Origin: Ilumatobacteraceae bacterium | GTDB taxonomy: Bacteria; Actinomycetota; Acidimicrobiia; Acidimicrobiales; Ilumatobacteraceae | NCBI GenBank assembly: GCA_044340075.1 | Contig: JBIIUH010000001.1 | Location: 1-55,922, forward strand | DNA length: 55,922 nucleotides | Reading direction: 5' to 3' | Part shown: in pieces, positions 9,923 to 19,491 of the stretch | How positions within the stretch are numbered: the first letter of the stretch is position 1 | How the letters are laid out: each line of letters begins with the position of its first letter | The notes under the pieces: generated by a model | Told to the model about the DNA's origin: nothing | The model's database searches: none | The model's input: the letters and a program-made list of their open reading frames with translations, nothing else | Made by a program: the position numbers and the translations under genes

Positions 9923-10509
9923 CGAAACCGATCATGGAGTCGGTTCGGTCGACCCTGCCAAAACTCCCACTGCGTCGCCACGAGCAACCATCCACCCCAG
10001 TGATCCGGTCGCGGCACGTCGACACCGGCGAAGCGTCGTGACACCTCGGCGACTCGGGCGTCGAGCTCGTCGCGGCCCGTGATCGGTCGGGATTGATCCG
10101 ATGCCCACGCGCCGATCTGCGAATCACGTGGCCGTGAGGCGAAGTACGCGTCGCTTTCCGCCGCCGACAGCGGCTCGCAGCGACCGCGCACGCGCACCTG
10201 GCGGTGCAGATCGAGCCATGCGAACACTCCGCTCGCCGTCGGGTTCGCGGCGAGTTGCCGACCCTTGGCACTGTCGAGATTCGTGTACAGGGCGATGCCC
10301 CGATCGTCGACGGATCGGGCGAGAACGACGCGTGCATCGGTGCCAAGCTCGGCATCGACGGTTGCCAGCGTGAAGGCGTTCGGTTCGCTCAGCCCTGCAG
10401 CGGCTGCCTCGTCGTACCACCGGTGCCATTGCACGACGGGATCGTCGGCAAGGTCGGTGCGGCGCAGTTCGCGTCCCTCGTATTGCACGCGGCGATCACG
10501 CAGCGTCAT
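9874..10509 (-). CDS. pdxH: Pyridoxamine 5'-phosphate oxidase
   Basis: 212 aa starting at MTLRDRR, with the PNPOx C-terminal signature WEFWQGRPNRLHDRFRY. The ATG overlaps the serS stop (ATGA). Confidence 0.9.
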   Translation of the reverse strand: MTLRDRRVQYEGRELRRTDLADDPVVQWHRWYDEAAAAGLSEPNAFTLATVDAELGTDARVVLARSVDDRGIALYTNLDSAKGRQLAANPTASGVFAWLDLHRQVRVRGRCEPLSAAESDAYFASRPRDSQIGAWASDQSRPITGRDELDARVAEVSRRFAGVDVPRPDHWGGWLLVATQWEFWQGRPNRLHDRFRYGRTAAGWEIERLAP

Positions 10510-11816
10510 GCGGTACGGGCAGTGGCCCGGAGCACCTCGATGCCGCGCATGTACCGGCGCAGCGGTTCGGGAACGACGACGCTGCCGTCCTCCTCGCGGT
10601 GGTTCTCGAGGATCGCCGCCCACACACGCGGAACGGCGAGGGCCGAAGCGTTCAAGGTGTGGGCGATCTCGGTGCCCTTGCGACCCTCGCGACGGAAACG
10701 AATGTCGGCACGTCGCGCCTGATAGTCGCTGAACCAGCTGATCGAACTCACTTCGAGCCACAGGTCGCATCCCGGCGCGTACACCTCGACGTCGTAACTG
10801 CGGTGGTGACTCTGACCGAGATCACCGGTGCAGATTTCGACGACACGATGCGGCAAGCCGAGATCGGCAATGGTCGCAACGACGCGACGGCGCATCTCGT
10901 CGAGGATGTCCGGCGCCTGCTCGGGCGTGGCGACAGCGAGGATCTCGACCTTGTCGAACTCGTGGCTGCGCAACATGCCACGGGTGTCGCGTCCGGCAGA
11001 TCCGGCTTCGCGACGGAAGCACGGGGAGAACGCCATGTAGCGCTTCGGCAATTCGGTCTCGGCGAGGATCTCGTCGGCGTGGAGGAACGTGAGCGGCACT
11101 TCCGCCGTGGGGATGCACCACAACGAGTCGCGTTCGATGGAAAAAGCATCGTCGGCGAACTTCGGCAGTTGTCCGGTGGCAGTGAGCGTCGCCGTCGTCA
11201 CGAGCGACGGGGGACGCACTTCCTCGTACAAATCGGCGTTGCGGTCGAGTGCGTACTGGCACAGCGCGCGCGCCAGGGTCGCCCCCGCGCCGCGCTGCAT
11301 CGTGAACATCGCGCCCGAGATCTTCGTCGCCCGCTGTGCATCGAGGATGCCGAGAGCCTCGCCCGTCTCCCAGTGCGGCACGCGCCGATGGGCGGGGAAA
11401 GTGGCGGGCAGTGCATGCGGACCGCTGACGATCGGGTTGTCGGCATCGGAAGCTCCGTCGACGACATCAGCATGGGGCAGGTTCGGGATGCGCAACAAGA
11501 CGTCACGCAAAGCTGCTTCGACGGCTGCTGCCTCGGCGTCGATCGCCTTCTCGCGTTCGCCGTGGGTCCGCGACTCGGCCATGAGCGCCTCGGCCGTCGC
11601 CGAATCCCCCGAGCGCCGGGCGGCACCGACCTTCTGGGACAGATCGTTGACGGCGGCACGGATGCCGTCGCGCTCCGCGGTGAATTCGCGCAATTTGCCG
11701 TCGAGCTGCATCGCCTCGTCGAGTTGGCGGAGAATCTCGGGCTTTCCGCGCCGCGCAAGGGCGCTGCGCACGGCGTCGGGTTGCGAACGCAACACCTTGA
11801 CGTCGATCACGATCAC
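10506..11816 (-). CDS. serS: Seryl-tRNA synthetase
   Basis: 436 aa with an N-terminal coiled-coil arm (MIVIDVKVLR...) and class II core motifs (FRREAGSAGRDTRGMLRSHEF, GLPHRVV..CTGDLG). Confidence 0.95.
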   Translation of the reverse strand: MIVIDVKVLRSQPDAVRSALARRGKPEILRQLDEAMQLDGKLREFTAERDGIRAAVNDLSQKVGAARRSGDSATAEALMAESRTHGEREKAIDAEAAAVEAALRDVLLRIPNLPHADVVDGASDADNPIVSGPHALPATFPAHRRVPHWETGEALGILDAQRATKISGAMFTMQRGAGATLARALCQYALDRNADLYEEVRPPSLVTTATLTATGQLPKFADDAFSIERDSLWCIPTAEVPLTFLHADEILAETELPKRYMAFSPCFRREAGSAGRDTRGMLRSHEFDKVEILAVATPEQAPDILDEMRRRVVATIADLGLPHRVVEICTGDLGQSHHRSYDVEVYAPGCDLWLEVSSISWFSDYQARRADIRFRREGRKGTEIAHTLNASALAVPRVWAAILENHREEDGSVVVPEPLRRYMRGIEVLRATARTA

Positions 11817-11882
11817 ACAGGCTACTGCTGGTCTCCTCGTGACCGGGGTCGAGGCACGTCACCTCGTATCGTTGCCGTCGTG

Positions 11883-12590
11883 ATGACGACCGGTGACGCG
11901 GTGGAGGTCGACTCGCTCGTCGTTCGTTACGGCGACACCGTGGCGGTGAACGGCATCTCGTTCCGCGCGCGCCACGGTGAGGTCACCGCATTGCTCGGTC
12001 GCAACGGCGCGGGCAAGACGTCGACGATCGAATGTTGCGAAGGTCTGCGCCGCGCATCGTCGGGCACGATCCGGGTACTCGGTCACGATCCCCTACGGGA
12101 ACACCTGCACGTCGCTGCGCGCGTCGGTGTCATGCTGCAGGACGGTGGTGTCGGTCCGGGCGCCCGTGTCGGCACGCTCATCCGCCACTACTGCGCCGTT
12201 CACGACCGCGGCGTCGACCCCGACGAGCTCGTGCGCCGCGTCGGGCTCGGTGGCCGCACGAAGCATGCGTGGCGGCGTCTGTCGGGCGGCGAACGCCAGC
12301 GCCTGTCGCTCGCCCTCGCCCTCGCCGCCGCACCCGACGTTGCGTTCCTCGACGAGCCGACGGCCGGACTCGATCTCGACGGTCGCGAAATGGTGCGCGA
12401 CGTCCTCGGCGAGCTCACCGCACGGGGTTGTGCAGTGGTACTCGCCTCGCACGATCTCGACGAAGTGCAGCGCGTTGCTCATCACGTCGTCATCCTCCAC
12501 AACGGCATGGTTGTTGCCAACGACACGATCGGCGCCTTGTGTAGCGGGGGGCGTCGACTCGAGAACGTCTTTCGCGAGGTCACAAGATGA
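11883..12590 (+). CDS. ABC transporter ATP-binding protein
   Basis: Walker A GRNGAGKTS, signature LSGGERQR and Walker B VAFLDEPT. The upstream two-thirds of ORF 10599..12590 is antisense to serS and was discarded. Confidence 0.9.
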   Translation: MTTGDAVEVDSLVVRYGDTVAVNGISFRARHGEVTALLGRNGAGKTSTIECCEGLRRASSGTIRVLGHDPLREHLHVAARVGVMLQDGGVGPGARVGTLIRHYCAVHDRGVDPDELVRRVGLGGRTKHAWRRLSGGERQRLSLALALAAAPDVAFLDEPTAGLDLDGREMVRDVLGELTARGCAVVLASHDLDEVQRVAHHVVILHNGMVVANDTIGALCSGGRRLENVFREVTR

Positions 12591-13312
12591 GACTCGTCCG
12601 CCTCCAGACACGGATGGAACTGCTGCAGATCCTGCGCAACTACGAGCAACTGCTGCTCGTCATGATCATTCCCCTGTTCGTGCTCGTCTTCTTCGGCAAC
12701 GTCGACGTGCTGCCGGGTTCGACGACTATTGCCCAACTCACGTCCTCGGTGCTCACGCTCGCCGTCGTCTCCTCGGCGATGGTGAGCCTCGGTATCTCGA
12801 CGGGTTTCGACCGGTCGTACAACGTACTGAAGCGGCTCGGTGCATCGCCGCTCGGTCGGCGTCGGCTCGTTGCAGCAAAGATCCTCGCGGTCATCGTCGT
12901 ACAGATCGTGCAGTGCGGTGTCCTGCTCGCCGTGGCGGCGCTCATCGGATGGCGGACGTCTGCGGGTGCGGCGCTGCTCACGCTCCTCCCGGCCGTCGCA
13001 CTCGGTTCACTCGCTTGTGGCGGACTCGGTCTCACCCTGGCGGGTCGCTTGCGTGCCGAGGTCAATCTCGCGGTGCAGAACGGTCTCTATCTCGTGCTCA
13101 TCGTCGCCGGTGGAGTCATCGTGCCCGCCGACGAACTTCCCGGGCCGCTCAGCCGGGTGGCCGAATTGCTCCCCACCGGCGCGCTCGCAACGGCGATCAC
13201 CGGTGCACTGAACGGCGGAGCCACGGCGCGTTCCTGGCTCGTACTCGGCATCTGGGCCGTCATCCTGCCGCTCGTTGCGGCACGATCATTCCGTTTCGAC
13301 GCCACGCCGTAG
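12587..13312 (+). CDS. ABC-2 type transporter permease
   Basis: 241-aa polytopic membrane protein. ATGA overlap with the ATPase gene. Confidence 0.8.
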   Translation: MRLVRLQTRMELLQILRNYEQLLLVMIIPLFVLVFFGNVDVLPGSTTIAQLTSSVLTLAVVSSAMVSLGISTGFDRSYNVLKRLGASPLGRRRLVAAKILAVIVVQIVQCGVLLAVAALIGWRTSAGAALLTLLPAVALGSLACGGLGLTLAGRLRAEVNLAVQNGLYLVLIVAGGVIVPADELPGPLSRVAELLPTGALATAITGALNGGATARSWLVLGIWAVILPLVAARSFRFDATP

Positions 13313-13323
13313 CGGCGGGACGA

Positions 13324-14241
13324 TCAACGACGCGGGACGTCGTCTTCCTTGATCGCCGGCGCCTTGTCGAAGGCGCGCGTGACGTCATCGAACGTGAGCG
13401 CCGAGTTCGCCCGACGGTACGTCTGCTGTCCGTGGAACTGGGTGGTGAAACGACGGAACCACAGGAACACGATGATGCTCCACAGGAAGACGGTGCCGCC
13501 CGTCTTCATGATGGCCCCGGCGATCTGTTGGTCGACGGTCGCCGACAAACCCCACACACGGACCGTCACGTCGTAGTGCCTGTACACCACGCCCTCGGCG
13601 AAGGTGAGCCATGCCGCAGGGATCGTCGGAATCACCGACATGAGGAAGAGGTACACCATCCGACCGACGTACCCGACTCGCAGTGACGGCTCCGGCGACA
13701 CGACGGGGATCCACATCAGCAACGACGACGTCACGACGAGCACGTGCAACGTGTAGTGCAGGGGTCCGTTGCTCGCGCTCTGGTTGACGAGTGCAGGGAT
13801 GTGGGTGACGAGAACGACGACGTTGTACAGGAACCCCGCGATGACGGGGTGGGCGAACCAGCGCACCATGCGACCGACGACCGGGGTGTCGAACAACGCA
13901 CGGAAGAGCCACGCGGGGGTCGCCAGCAGTGCGAGCGGCGGAAGGAAGTACGACAGCGCCATGTGCTGGAACATGTGCACCGAGTAGAGGTATTCCTCGG
14001 CGATGTCGTGGATCGGCCAGTCGGACGCGATCCACAACACGGCGATGGCCGCCGCGAACAACCAGTTCTGGCGCCGCGTGACGACGGGTTCACCGCGGCG
14101 CAGGTGCTCGGCGTGCGGACCGATGACGCGAATGGCATACACGCGTGCGCCGATGAGGAACGCCACGAGCAACCACACCTCTGCATGGGCCTGGAAGCGC
14201 CACGGATCGAGGAGCGGGTTGGCGGCCTCGGCGAGGACCAT
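13324..14241 (-). CDS. ctaG: Cytochrome c oxidase assembly factor CtaG (Bacillus caa3_CtaG type)
   Basis: 305-aa polytopic protein with a HMFQHM motif. It is the last gene of the cta operon, 10 nt after ctaF. Confidence 0.8.
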   Translation of the reverse strand: MVLAEAANPLLDPWRFQAHAEVWLLVAFLIGARVYAIRVIGPHAEHLRRGEPVVTRRQNWLFAAAIAVLWIASDWPIHDIAEEYLYSVHMFQHMALSYFLPPLALLATPAWLFRALFDTPVVGRMVRWFAHPVIAGFLYNVVVLVTHIPALVNQSASNGPLHYTLHVLVVTSSLLMWIPVVSPEPSLRVGYVGRMVYLFLMSVIPTIPAAWLTFAEGVVYRHYDVTVRVWGLSATVDQQIAGAIMKTGGTVFLWSIIVFLWFRRFTTQFHGQQTYRRANSALTFDDVTRAFDKAPAIKEDDVPRR

Positions 14242-14251
14242 GTTGCCGACC

Positions 14252-14578
14252 TCAGCGAATGAAGAAGTGGAAGGTGGCGAGGAAGGCCACGTAGACGCCG
14301 ATCGCCAGCACCAGTCCCGAATAGAACAGGAAGCTGAAGATCTTGTTGTCGAACTTCAGGTGCATGAAGTAGCTGACGACGATGACGAACTTCGCGACCA
14401 TCATGATGAGCAGTGACGGCAGGAAGAACGGACCGAAGTCGACGTAATACGTCGCCACCTCGAGCGCCGTGATGAGCGCGAGGATGATCGCGATGTTGAC
14501 GTAGCCGCGGGTGCTCATGCCGTGCTCGGCATGATCCCCGGCTTCTTCGTGTGCGTGGGTATGTGTGTCGGTGCTCAT
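14252..14578 (-). CDS. ctaF: Cytochrome c oxidase subunit IV (prokaryotic CoxIV/CtaF, Bacillus type)
   Basis: 108-aa, 3-TM protein (YVNIAIILALITALEV..., MVAKFVIVVSYFMHLK). It starts 2 nt after the ctaE stop. Confidence 0.75.
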   Translation of the reverse strand: MSTDTHTHAHEEAGDHAEHGMSTRGYVNIAIILALITALEVATYYVDFGPFFLPSLLIMMVAKFVIVVSYFMHLKFDNKIFSFLFYSGLVLAIGVYVAFLATFHFFIR

Positions 14579-14580
14579 GA

Positions 14581-15168
14581 TCAGACCGGGATGAGGTAGA
14601 CGAGGGTGAAGATGATGATCCAGACGACGTCGACGAAGTGCCAGTACAGACCCAGCATTTCGACGGTTTCCGACTTGCTGCCGGGAACCTTGCTGCGCTT
14701 GTTGATGGCAACGAGGGCGAGCAACATGATGATGCCGACCGTCACGTGGACACCGTGGAATCCGGTGAGCGTGTAGAAGCTCGATCCGAAGAGGCTGGTG
14801 GAGAAGCCGAGACCTTCGTTGTAGAAGGCCGTGAACTCGTACACCTGGCCACCGACGAACGTCGCGCCGAGCATGGCGGTGACGACGAGCCACAGGTTCG
14901 TGCCTCGGTCGTCCTTCTTCGCCGCCGCCGACACCGCGAACACCATGGTGAGCGAGCTCATGAGCAGGACGAAACTGCTCACCGAGGTGAACGGGATGTC
15001 GAAGATCTGCGACGGGGTCGGCCCCTCCGACACGCGACCGCGATACAGCAGGTACGTGGAGATGAGACCGCCGAACAGGAGACACTCCGAGCCGAGGAAC
15101 ATCCACATGCCCAACTTGACGTTGGACAAACCGGTGGAGGTCTGATGTGCGTGGGCCGTATCAGCCAT
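14581..15168 (-). CDS. ctaE: Cytochrome c oxidase subunit III
   Basis: Starts at MADTAH. Motifs FYTLTGFHGVHVTVG and LYWHFVDVVW. 8-nt overlap with ctaD (ATGGCTGA). Confidence 0.92.
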   Translation of the reverse strand: MADTAHAHQTSTGLSNVKLGMWMFLGSECLLFGGLISTYLLYRGRVSEGPTPSQIFDIPFTSVSSFVLLMSSLTMVFAVSAAAKKDDRGTNLWLVVTAMLGATFVGGQVYEFTAFYNEGLGFSTSLFGSSFYTLTGFHGVHVTVGIIMLLALVAINKRSKVPGSKSETVEMLGLYWHFVDVVWIIIFTLVYLIPV

Positions 15169-17158
15169 GGTGTGCTCCGTGGCCGTTGTGGCCCGCTTCG
15201 TAGTCGGACTCCTCGGCCACCGACGGCTCGAGCGACCAGCCGTACATCGCGTACAGCAGGATCGCACCACCGACGATCGTGACGGGGAACGAATAGATGA
15301 GGCCGAGTGCGATCGGAATCAGCGAGAACGCAAGGACGATCGGCCAGTACGACGGTGACGGCATGTGGATGTTCGTGTCCGGGTTCTTCTCGAGATCCTC
15401 GAGCACCTTCTCCGCCGTTGCAACCTGCTTCATCGAATGCGTCGACGTGTCTTCCTCGTACTTGCGGTGGAAGAACTCGTCGAGGTGCTCGACGTGCGGG
15501 ATCGCATCGAAGTTGTGCTCCTTCGGCGGGTTCGACGTCATCCACTCGAGGCTGCGTGCGTTCCACGGATCGAGCGGCGCGCGCTCCTTCTTGCGAGCGG
15601 TCACCCAGATGTTGACGATGAAGAGAAGGACGCCGAGGGCGAGAACGAACGAACCAACGGTGGCGACGAGATTCCAGAACGCGAGGTTGAAGAATCCCTC
15701 ACCGGCGCGCGCTTCGGTCCAGATGTACATGCGCCGCGGCTGGCCCTGCAGACCGAGGATGTGCATCGGTCCGAAGGTGAGGTTCATACCGATGATCGTC
15801 AGCCAGAAGTTCCACGAACCGAGTCGTTCGGAAAGCATCTTTCCGAACATCTTCGGCCACCAGTAGTACATGCCGGAGAACAGACCGAGGATCGCGCCGC
15901 CGAACAGCACGTAGTGGAAGTGGGCGACGATGTAGTAGGTGTCGGTCTGCTGGGTGTCCGACGGGGCGATCGAGTGGGTGACACCCGACAGACCACCGAC
16001 GGTGAACAGGAAGACGAGACCGACGGCGTACTTCATCGCCGTCGTGAAGACGAGCTTGCCGCCCCACATCGTGAGCGTCCAGTTGATGATCTTCACGCCG
16101 GTGGGGATCGCAATGGCCATCGTCGCGACGGAGAAGACCGCCACCGACACCGGACCGAGACCGGAGGCGAACATGTGGTGCGCCCACACACCCCATCCGA
16201 CGAAACCGATCGCGGCTCCGGAGAAGACGACGAACGGATAGCCGAACAGCGGCTTGCGACTGAACACGGGGAGGACTTCGGAAATGATGCCGAACGACGG
16301 CAACACGAGGATGTACACCTCGGGGTGACCGAAGATCCAGAACAAGTGCTGCCACAGCAACGGGTCCGCACCGGCTGCAACGTCGAAGAACTGTGCGCCG
16401 AACACGCGCTGGAACATGAGCAGGAACAGCGCAACGGTGATGACCGGCATCGCGAAGAGCAGCAGGAACTGCACAACCGTCACCATCCAGGTGAACACGG
16501 GGATCTTCATCAACGTCATGCCCGGCGCGCGCATGTTCAGCACCGTGACGATGAGGTTGATCGCGCCCGTGAGGGACGCGATACCCGTGATCTGCAGGCC
16601 GAGGGCCCAGAAGTCGACGCCGTGGCTCGGCGAGAAGACGGGACCCGAGTTCGGCGCGTACATGAACCAGCCACCGTCGGCGGCTCCGCCGAGGAACCAC
16701 GACAGGTTGACGACGATTCCACCGGCGAGCAGGCACCAGAAACCGAACGCGTTGATGCGCGGGAATGCGACGTCACGGGCACCGATCTGCAGCGGGATGA
16801 AGTAGTTGGCGAATGCCGACGCCATCGGCATGACGAAGAGGAACACCATCGTCGTGGCGTGCATGGTGAACATCTGGTTGTACAGGTCGGCGTTGAGCAC
16901 CTTGCCGTCCGGTGCCGCGAGCTGCAGACGGATGAGCAGCGCCTCGATACCGCCGACGATGAAGAAGAACATCGCAAGCGCGCCGTACATGATGCCGAGC
17001 TTCTTGTGGTCGACGGTGAAGACCCACGACTTCCAGCCCGTGGAGGCGACGGGGCGCTTCAGCGCGCCGAAGGTGCGCGACGGGGTGATCTCGGCGGCAC
17101 CGGGCAGGAGCGCGGGCGTCGTGATCGTTCCCGGAGCGGGGCGTTCGATGATGGCCAT
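15161..17158 (-). CDS. ctaD: Cytochrome c oxidase subunit I (A-type, 14-TM Bacillus-like form)
   Basis: All canonical ligand motifs are present: TMHATTM (heme a His), WIFGHPEVY (CuB His plus cross-linked Tyr), WAHHMF and VAHFHYV. It also has a two-helix C-terminal extension (IHMPSPSYWPIVLAF...). Confidence 0.96.
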   Translation of the reverse strand: MAIIERPAPGTITTPALLPGAAEITPSRTFGALKRPVASTGWKSWVFTVDHKKLGIMYGALAMFFFIVGGIEALLIRLQLAAPDGKVLNADLYNQMFTMHATTMVFLFVMPMASAFANYFIPLQIGARDVAFPRINAFGFWCLLAGGIVVNLSWFLGGAADGGWFMYAPNSGPVFSPSHGVDFWALGLQITGIASLTGAINLIVTVLNMRAPGMTLMKIPVFTWMVTVVQFLLLFAMPVITVALFLLMFQRVFGAQFFDVAAGADPLLWQHLFWIFGHPEVYILVLPSFGIISEVLPVFSRKPLFGYPFVVFSGAAIGFVGWGVWAHHMFASGLGPVSVAVFSVATMAIAIPTGVKIINWTLTMWGGKLVFTTAMKYAVGLVFLFTVGGLSGVTHSIAPSDTQQTDTYYIVAHFHYVLFGGAILGLFSGMYYWWPKMFGKMLSERLGSWNFWLTIIGMNLTFGPMHILGLQGQPRRMYIWTEARAGEGFFNLAFWNLVATVGSFVLALGVLLFIVNIWVTARKKERAPLDPWNARSLEWMTSNPPKEHNFDAIPHVEHLDEFFHRKYEEDTSTHSMKQVATAEKVLEDLEKNPDTNIHMPSPSYWPIVLAFSLIPIALGLIYSFPVTIVGGAILLYAMYGWSLEPSVAEESDYEAGHNGHGAHHG

Positions 17159-17174
17159 GGTTCCCTTTCGATTC

Positions 17175-18383
17175 CTACTTCAGGGTGAGCAGATATGCGA
17201 CGAGCTTGTCGATATCGGATTCGGAGAGACCGAGGTTCGGCATGCCGCGAACCTTGCCGTTCGTCGGACCGAGCTGATCGGGGTTCGCATACATAGGCTT
17301 CACTTCGGGAGCGTTGCGCAACCACGCCCGCAGGTCGTTGACGTTGAGGCACTCCTCACCGACGCCGGCGAGGTACTTCTCGCCGAATTCCGCGGGTGAG
17401 GCGTTCCATACGCCGGGACGACAAGCCGGCGTGAGCAGGTCGAACATCGCTCCGGCGAAAGTGTTGCGGGTCATCAACTTCGTGAGGTTGGGTGCGGCAC
17501 CCGACCACACGTTCTCATCCGGCGCCGCGATTGCCAGCGTTCCGTCGGCGCGCTTCAGACCGTCGACCTGATGGCAGCGCACGCACTGGTTGAGGAACAC
17601 GCCTTCGCCCTCTTTGGCAAGCGAGCCCTCGGCCGGCGACACGTACGGTGCCTGCTGGTTGGCCACCCACTTCGCGAAGTCTTCCTTGCTCAGTGCGATC
17701 GCTTCCATGCGCATGTTCGCATGCGACAGACCACAGAACTCTGTGCACTGACCGGCGTAGATACCCGGCTCATCGGCCTCGAGGCGCAGGGTGTGGATGC
17801 GACCCGGAACGGCGTCACGCTTGCCGTTCAGCGCAGGGATCCAGTACGAGTGGATGACGTCGCGACTCGTTTCGCGCAGGAGCACCTTGGTACCCGCCGG
17901 GATGACGAGTTGACCGCTCGTCACGATCGGCTGGGCGATGCCGAACTCGTTCTGCACGGGATAGTCGTACTCCCACCACCACTGTTGGCCGGTGACGTTG
18001 ATGATCATTTCCGTGTCGTCGGTCTTCGCGAGATCGAAGATGACACGCACGGTGAACACACCGATCACGGCCAGGATCAGTGCAGGGATGAGCGTCAGGG
18101 TGATTTCGACGACCGGGTTGCCGTGCGTCTGCTCGGGAATCGGCTGACCACGGTCCTTGTAGCGCCACAACACCCAGCCGAGTGCGACGACGACGATGAG
18201 ACCGACAATGCCCGCCACCGCGAACACCGGCTTCTGGAGATCATCGATCATCTGGGCATTCGGACCCTTCGGCGCCCACGTGTCCTGCGGGGCGTTCTGC
18301 GCACACGATGCAGTGACGACGACACCGGTCAACAACGCACCGATTCGGGTGACGGTACGACGCAGGGAAGCGAGCTTGTTCAC
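17175..18383 (-). CDS. ctaC: Cytochrome c oxidase subunit II with fused C-terminal cytochrome c domain (caa3 type)
   Basis: Lipobox-like LTGVVVTASC, two TM helices, CuA site HSYW...CTEFCGLSHANM, heme c site CVRCH and distal GMPNL. Confidence 0.93.
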   Translation of the reverse strand: MNKLASLRRTVTRIGALLTGVVVTASCAQNAPQDTWAPKGPNAQMIDDLQKPVFAVAGIVGLIVVVALGWVLWRYKDRGQPIPEQTHGNPVVEITLTLIPALILAVIGVFTVRVIFDLAKTDDTEMIINVTGQQWWWEYDYPVQNEFGIAQPIVTSGQLVIPAGTKVLLRETSRDVIHSYWIPALNGKRDAVPGRIHTLRLEADEPGIYAGQCTEFCGLSHANMRMEAIALSKEDFAKWVANQQAPYVSPAEGSLAKEGEGVFLNQCVRCHQVDGLKRADGTLAIAAPDENVWSGAAPNLTKLMTRNTFAGAMFDLLTPACRPGVWNASPAEFGEKYLAGVGEECLNVNDLRAWLRNAPEVKPMYANPDQLGPTNGKVRGMPNLGLSESDIDKLVAYLLTLK

Positions 18384-19483
18384 GGTACGAACACCTCAAT
18401 GGACTGGCCGGTGAGACCGGCGACGAACAGGGAATACGGACCTCGGTCGATCGACGCCTTCGCATACGTCAGGGTGAGCGACTGCTCCGCACCCTCGGGG
18501 ATGAGCTGCGTGCACAACTCCTCGGGCTTCTCCGTCGCATCGGCGGCGGCCTTGCCCGGCGAGGCCACGAGGCGGAACTCACCTTCGTCGTAGTTGCGGA
18601 AGATGACGTTCACCGGGTTGGAGCGCTGAATGGTGATCGCCTGTGTCGGCGACTGCACACCGAACTCGTAGGCGGTCAGCTTGCCGTCGCGAAGTTCGAC
18701 GGTGGCAACGACGTTCGAACGCAACGACAGCGTGCGCATCTCGAGCTTGTCGAAGTACTTCGAGCGCTCCGGACCGCATTCACGGTGCGAGTAATGGCCC
18801 TCCGCGGCGGCCTCGACGAGGTCGGCGCGCAATCCGACGCCGGCGCTCGCAATTCCGCCGGCGACGATGCCGAGCGTGGCCAGGGTGCACAGGCCGGTGA
18901 CGATCGAGCGCTTCAGACCGGGACGCACGGCGAACAACGTGCCACCGACGAGAACGATCGTGCCGAACACGAGGAACAGGACGGCACCGGTGCTCTTCGA
19001 CACGGCGAGCATGATGCGCGAGAACGAGAAGATGACGACGCCGACGCCGAGGGTGGCGAGCACCGGGAACTCGATCGGATTGGCGATCCGCTTGCGGGTC
19101 GCGGCGTTGTACGCGGGATCGTCGGACGCCGATTCGCTCCACGACTGCACGGCCCACTCGATGAGACCTGCGAGGACGACGACGATGCCGAAGACGAACA
19201 CCGCGGAGCTCGTGATGAGACCGAGCGCGAGCAACACGACACCGACGACGGTGACGAGCGGCCACATGCTCGCCCCGACGAGTGCGGCATCGGCCGGCTG
19301 GGCCTCGTCGTCACCGTCGCGCACGATGATCGCGACGGCCGACAGACCGCACACGGCGGCAAAGACGATGCTCAGCGCCACTCCGCCGATCGCCAGGCGC
19401 TCGACGAACAACAGGTACGCGATGAGGGTGACGGCGTTGAGCGCCGCGAGCCCGATGAGGAACTTGGAACCCGTGCGAATCAT
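18380..19483 (-). CDS. 7-TM membrane protein with a C-terminal cupredoxin/subunit II-like domain lacking CuA ligands; function unknown
   Basis: ATG 19483 (MIRTGSKF) lies 8 nt after the upstream stop, and the stop overlaps the ctaC GTG (GTGA). About seven hydrophobic helices are followed by a ~150-aa beta-rich domain that aligns by eye to the CtaC CuA domain. Confidence 0.75.
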   Translation of the reverse strand: MIRTGSKFLIGLAALNAVTLIAYLLFVERLAIGGVALSIVFAAVCGLSAVAIIVRDGDDEAQPADAALVGASMWPLVTVVGVVLLALGLITSSAVFVFGIVVVLAGLIEWAVQSWSESASDDPAYNAATRKRIANPIEFPVLATLGVGVVIFSFSRIMLAVSKSTGAVLFLVFGTIVLVGGTLFAVRPGLKRSIVTGLCTLATLGIVAGGIASAGVGLRADLVEAAAEGHYSHRECGPERSKYFDKLEMRTLSLRSNVVATVELRDGKLTAYEFGVQSPTQAITIQRSNPVNVIFRNYDEGEFRLVASPGKAAADATEKPEELCTQLIPEGAEQSLTLTYAKASIDRGPYSLFVAGLTGQSIEVFVP

Positions 19484-19491
19484 CGATCGAC

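Noticed and set aside
10599-11882. Long N-terminal extension of the ABC ATPase ORF. The same applies to the upstream extensions of ORFs 505..1788, 5573..7018, 8504..9922, 21514..22959, 25056..27167 and 26390..28042.
   Set aside because: The extensions overlap well-supported genes on the other strand or frame and have no protein-like composition. Homology begins at internal starts that often overlap the preceding stop codon.
11817-11882. T-box leader upstream of serS
   Set aside because: The spacer is only 66 nt and has no specifier or T-box sequence. Actinobacterial serS genes generally lack T-boxes.
15161-15500. C-terminal ~110-residue, two-helix extension of CtaD, first considered a novel subunit I-IV fusion
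   Set aside because: Bacillus-type caa3 subunit I is known to have 14 TM helices with a similar C-terminal segment (IHMP... motif). This is consistent with the Bacillus-like operon and is not novel.
15365-17188. 607-aa ORF on the plus strand across the whole ctaD locus
   Set aside because: It is exactly antisense to a textbook cytochrome oxidase subunit I. Its translation is an Arg/Asp/His/Glu/Gly-rich low-complexity product typical of shadow ORFs in GC-rich DNA.
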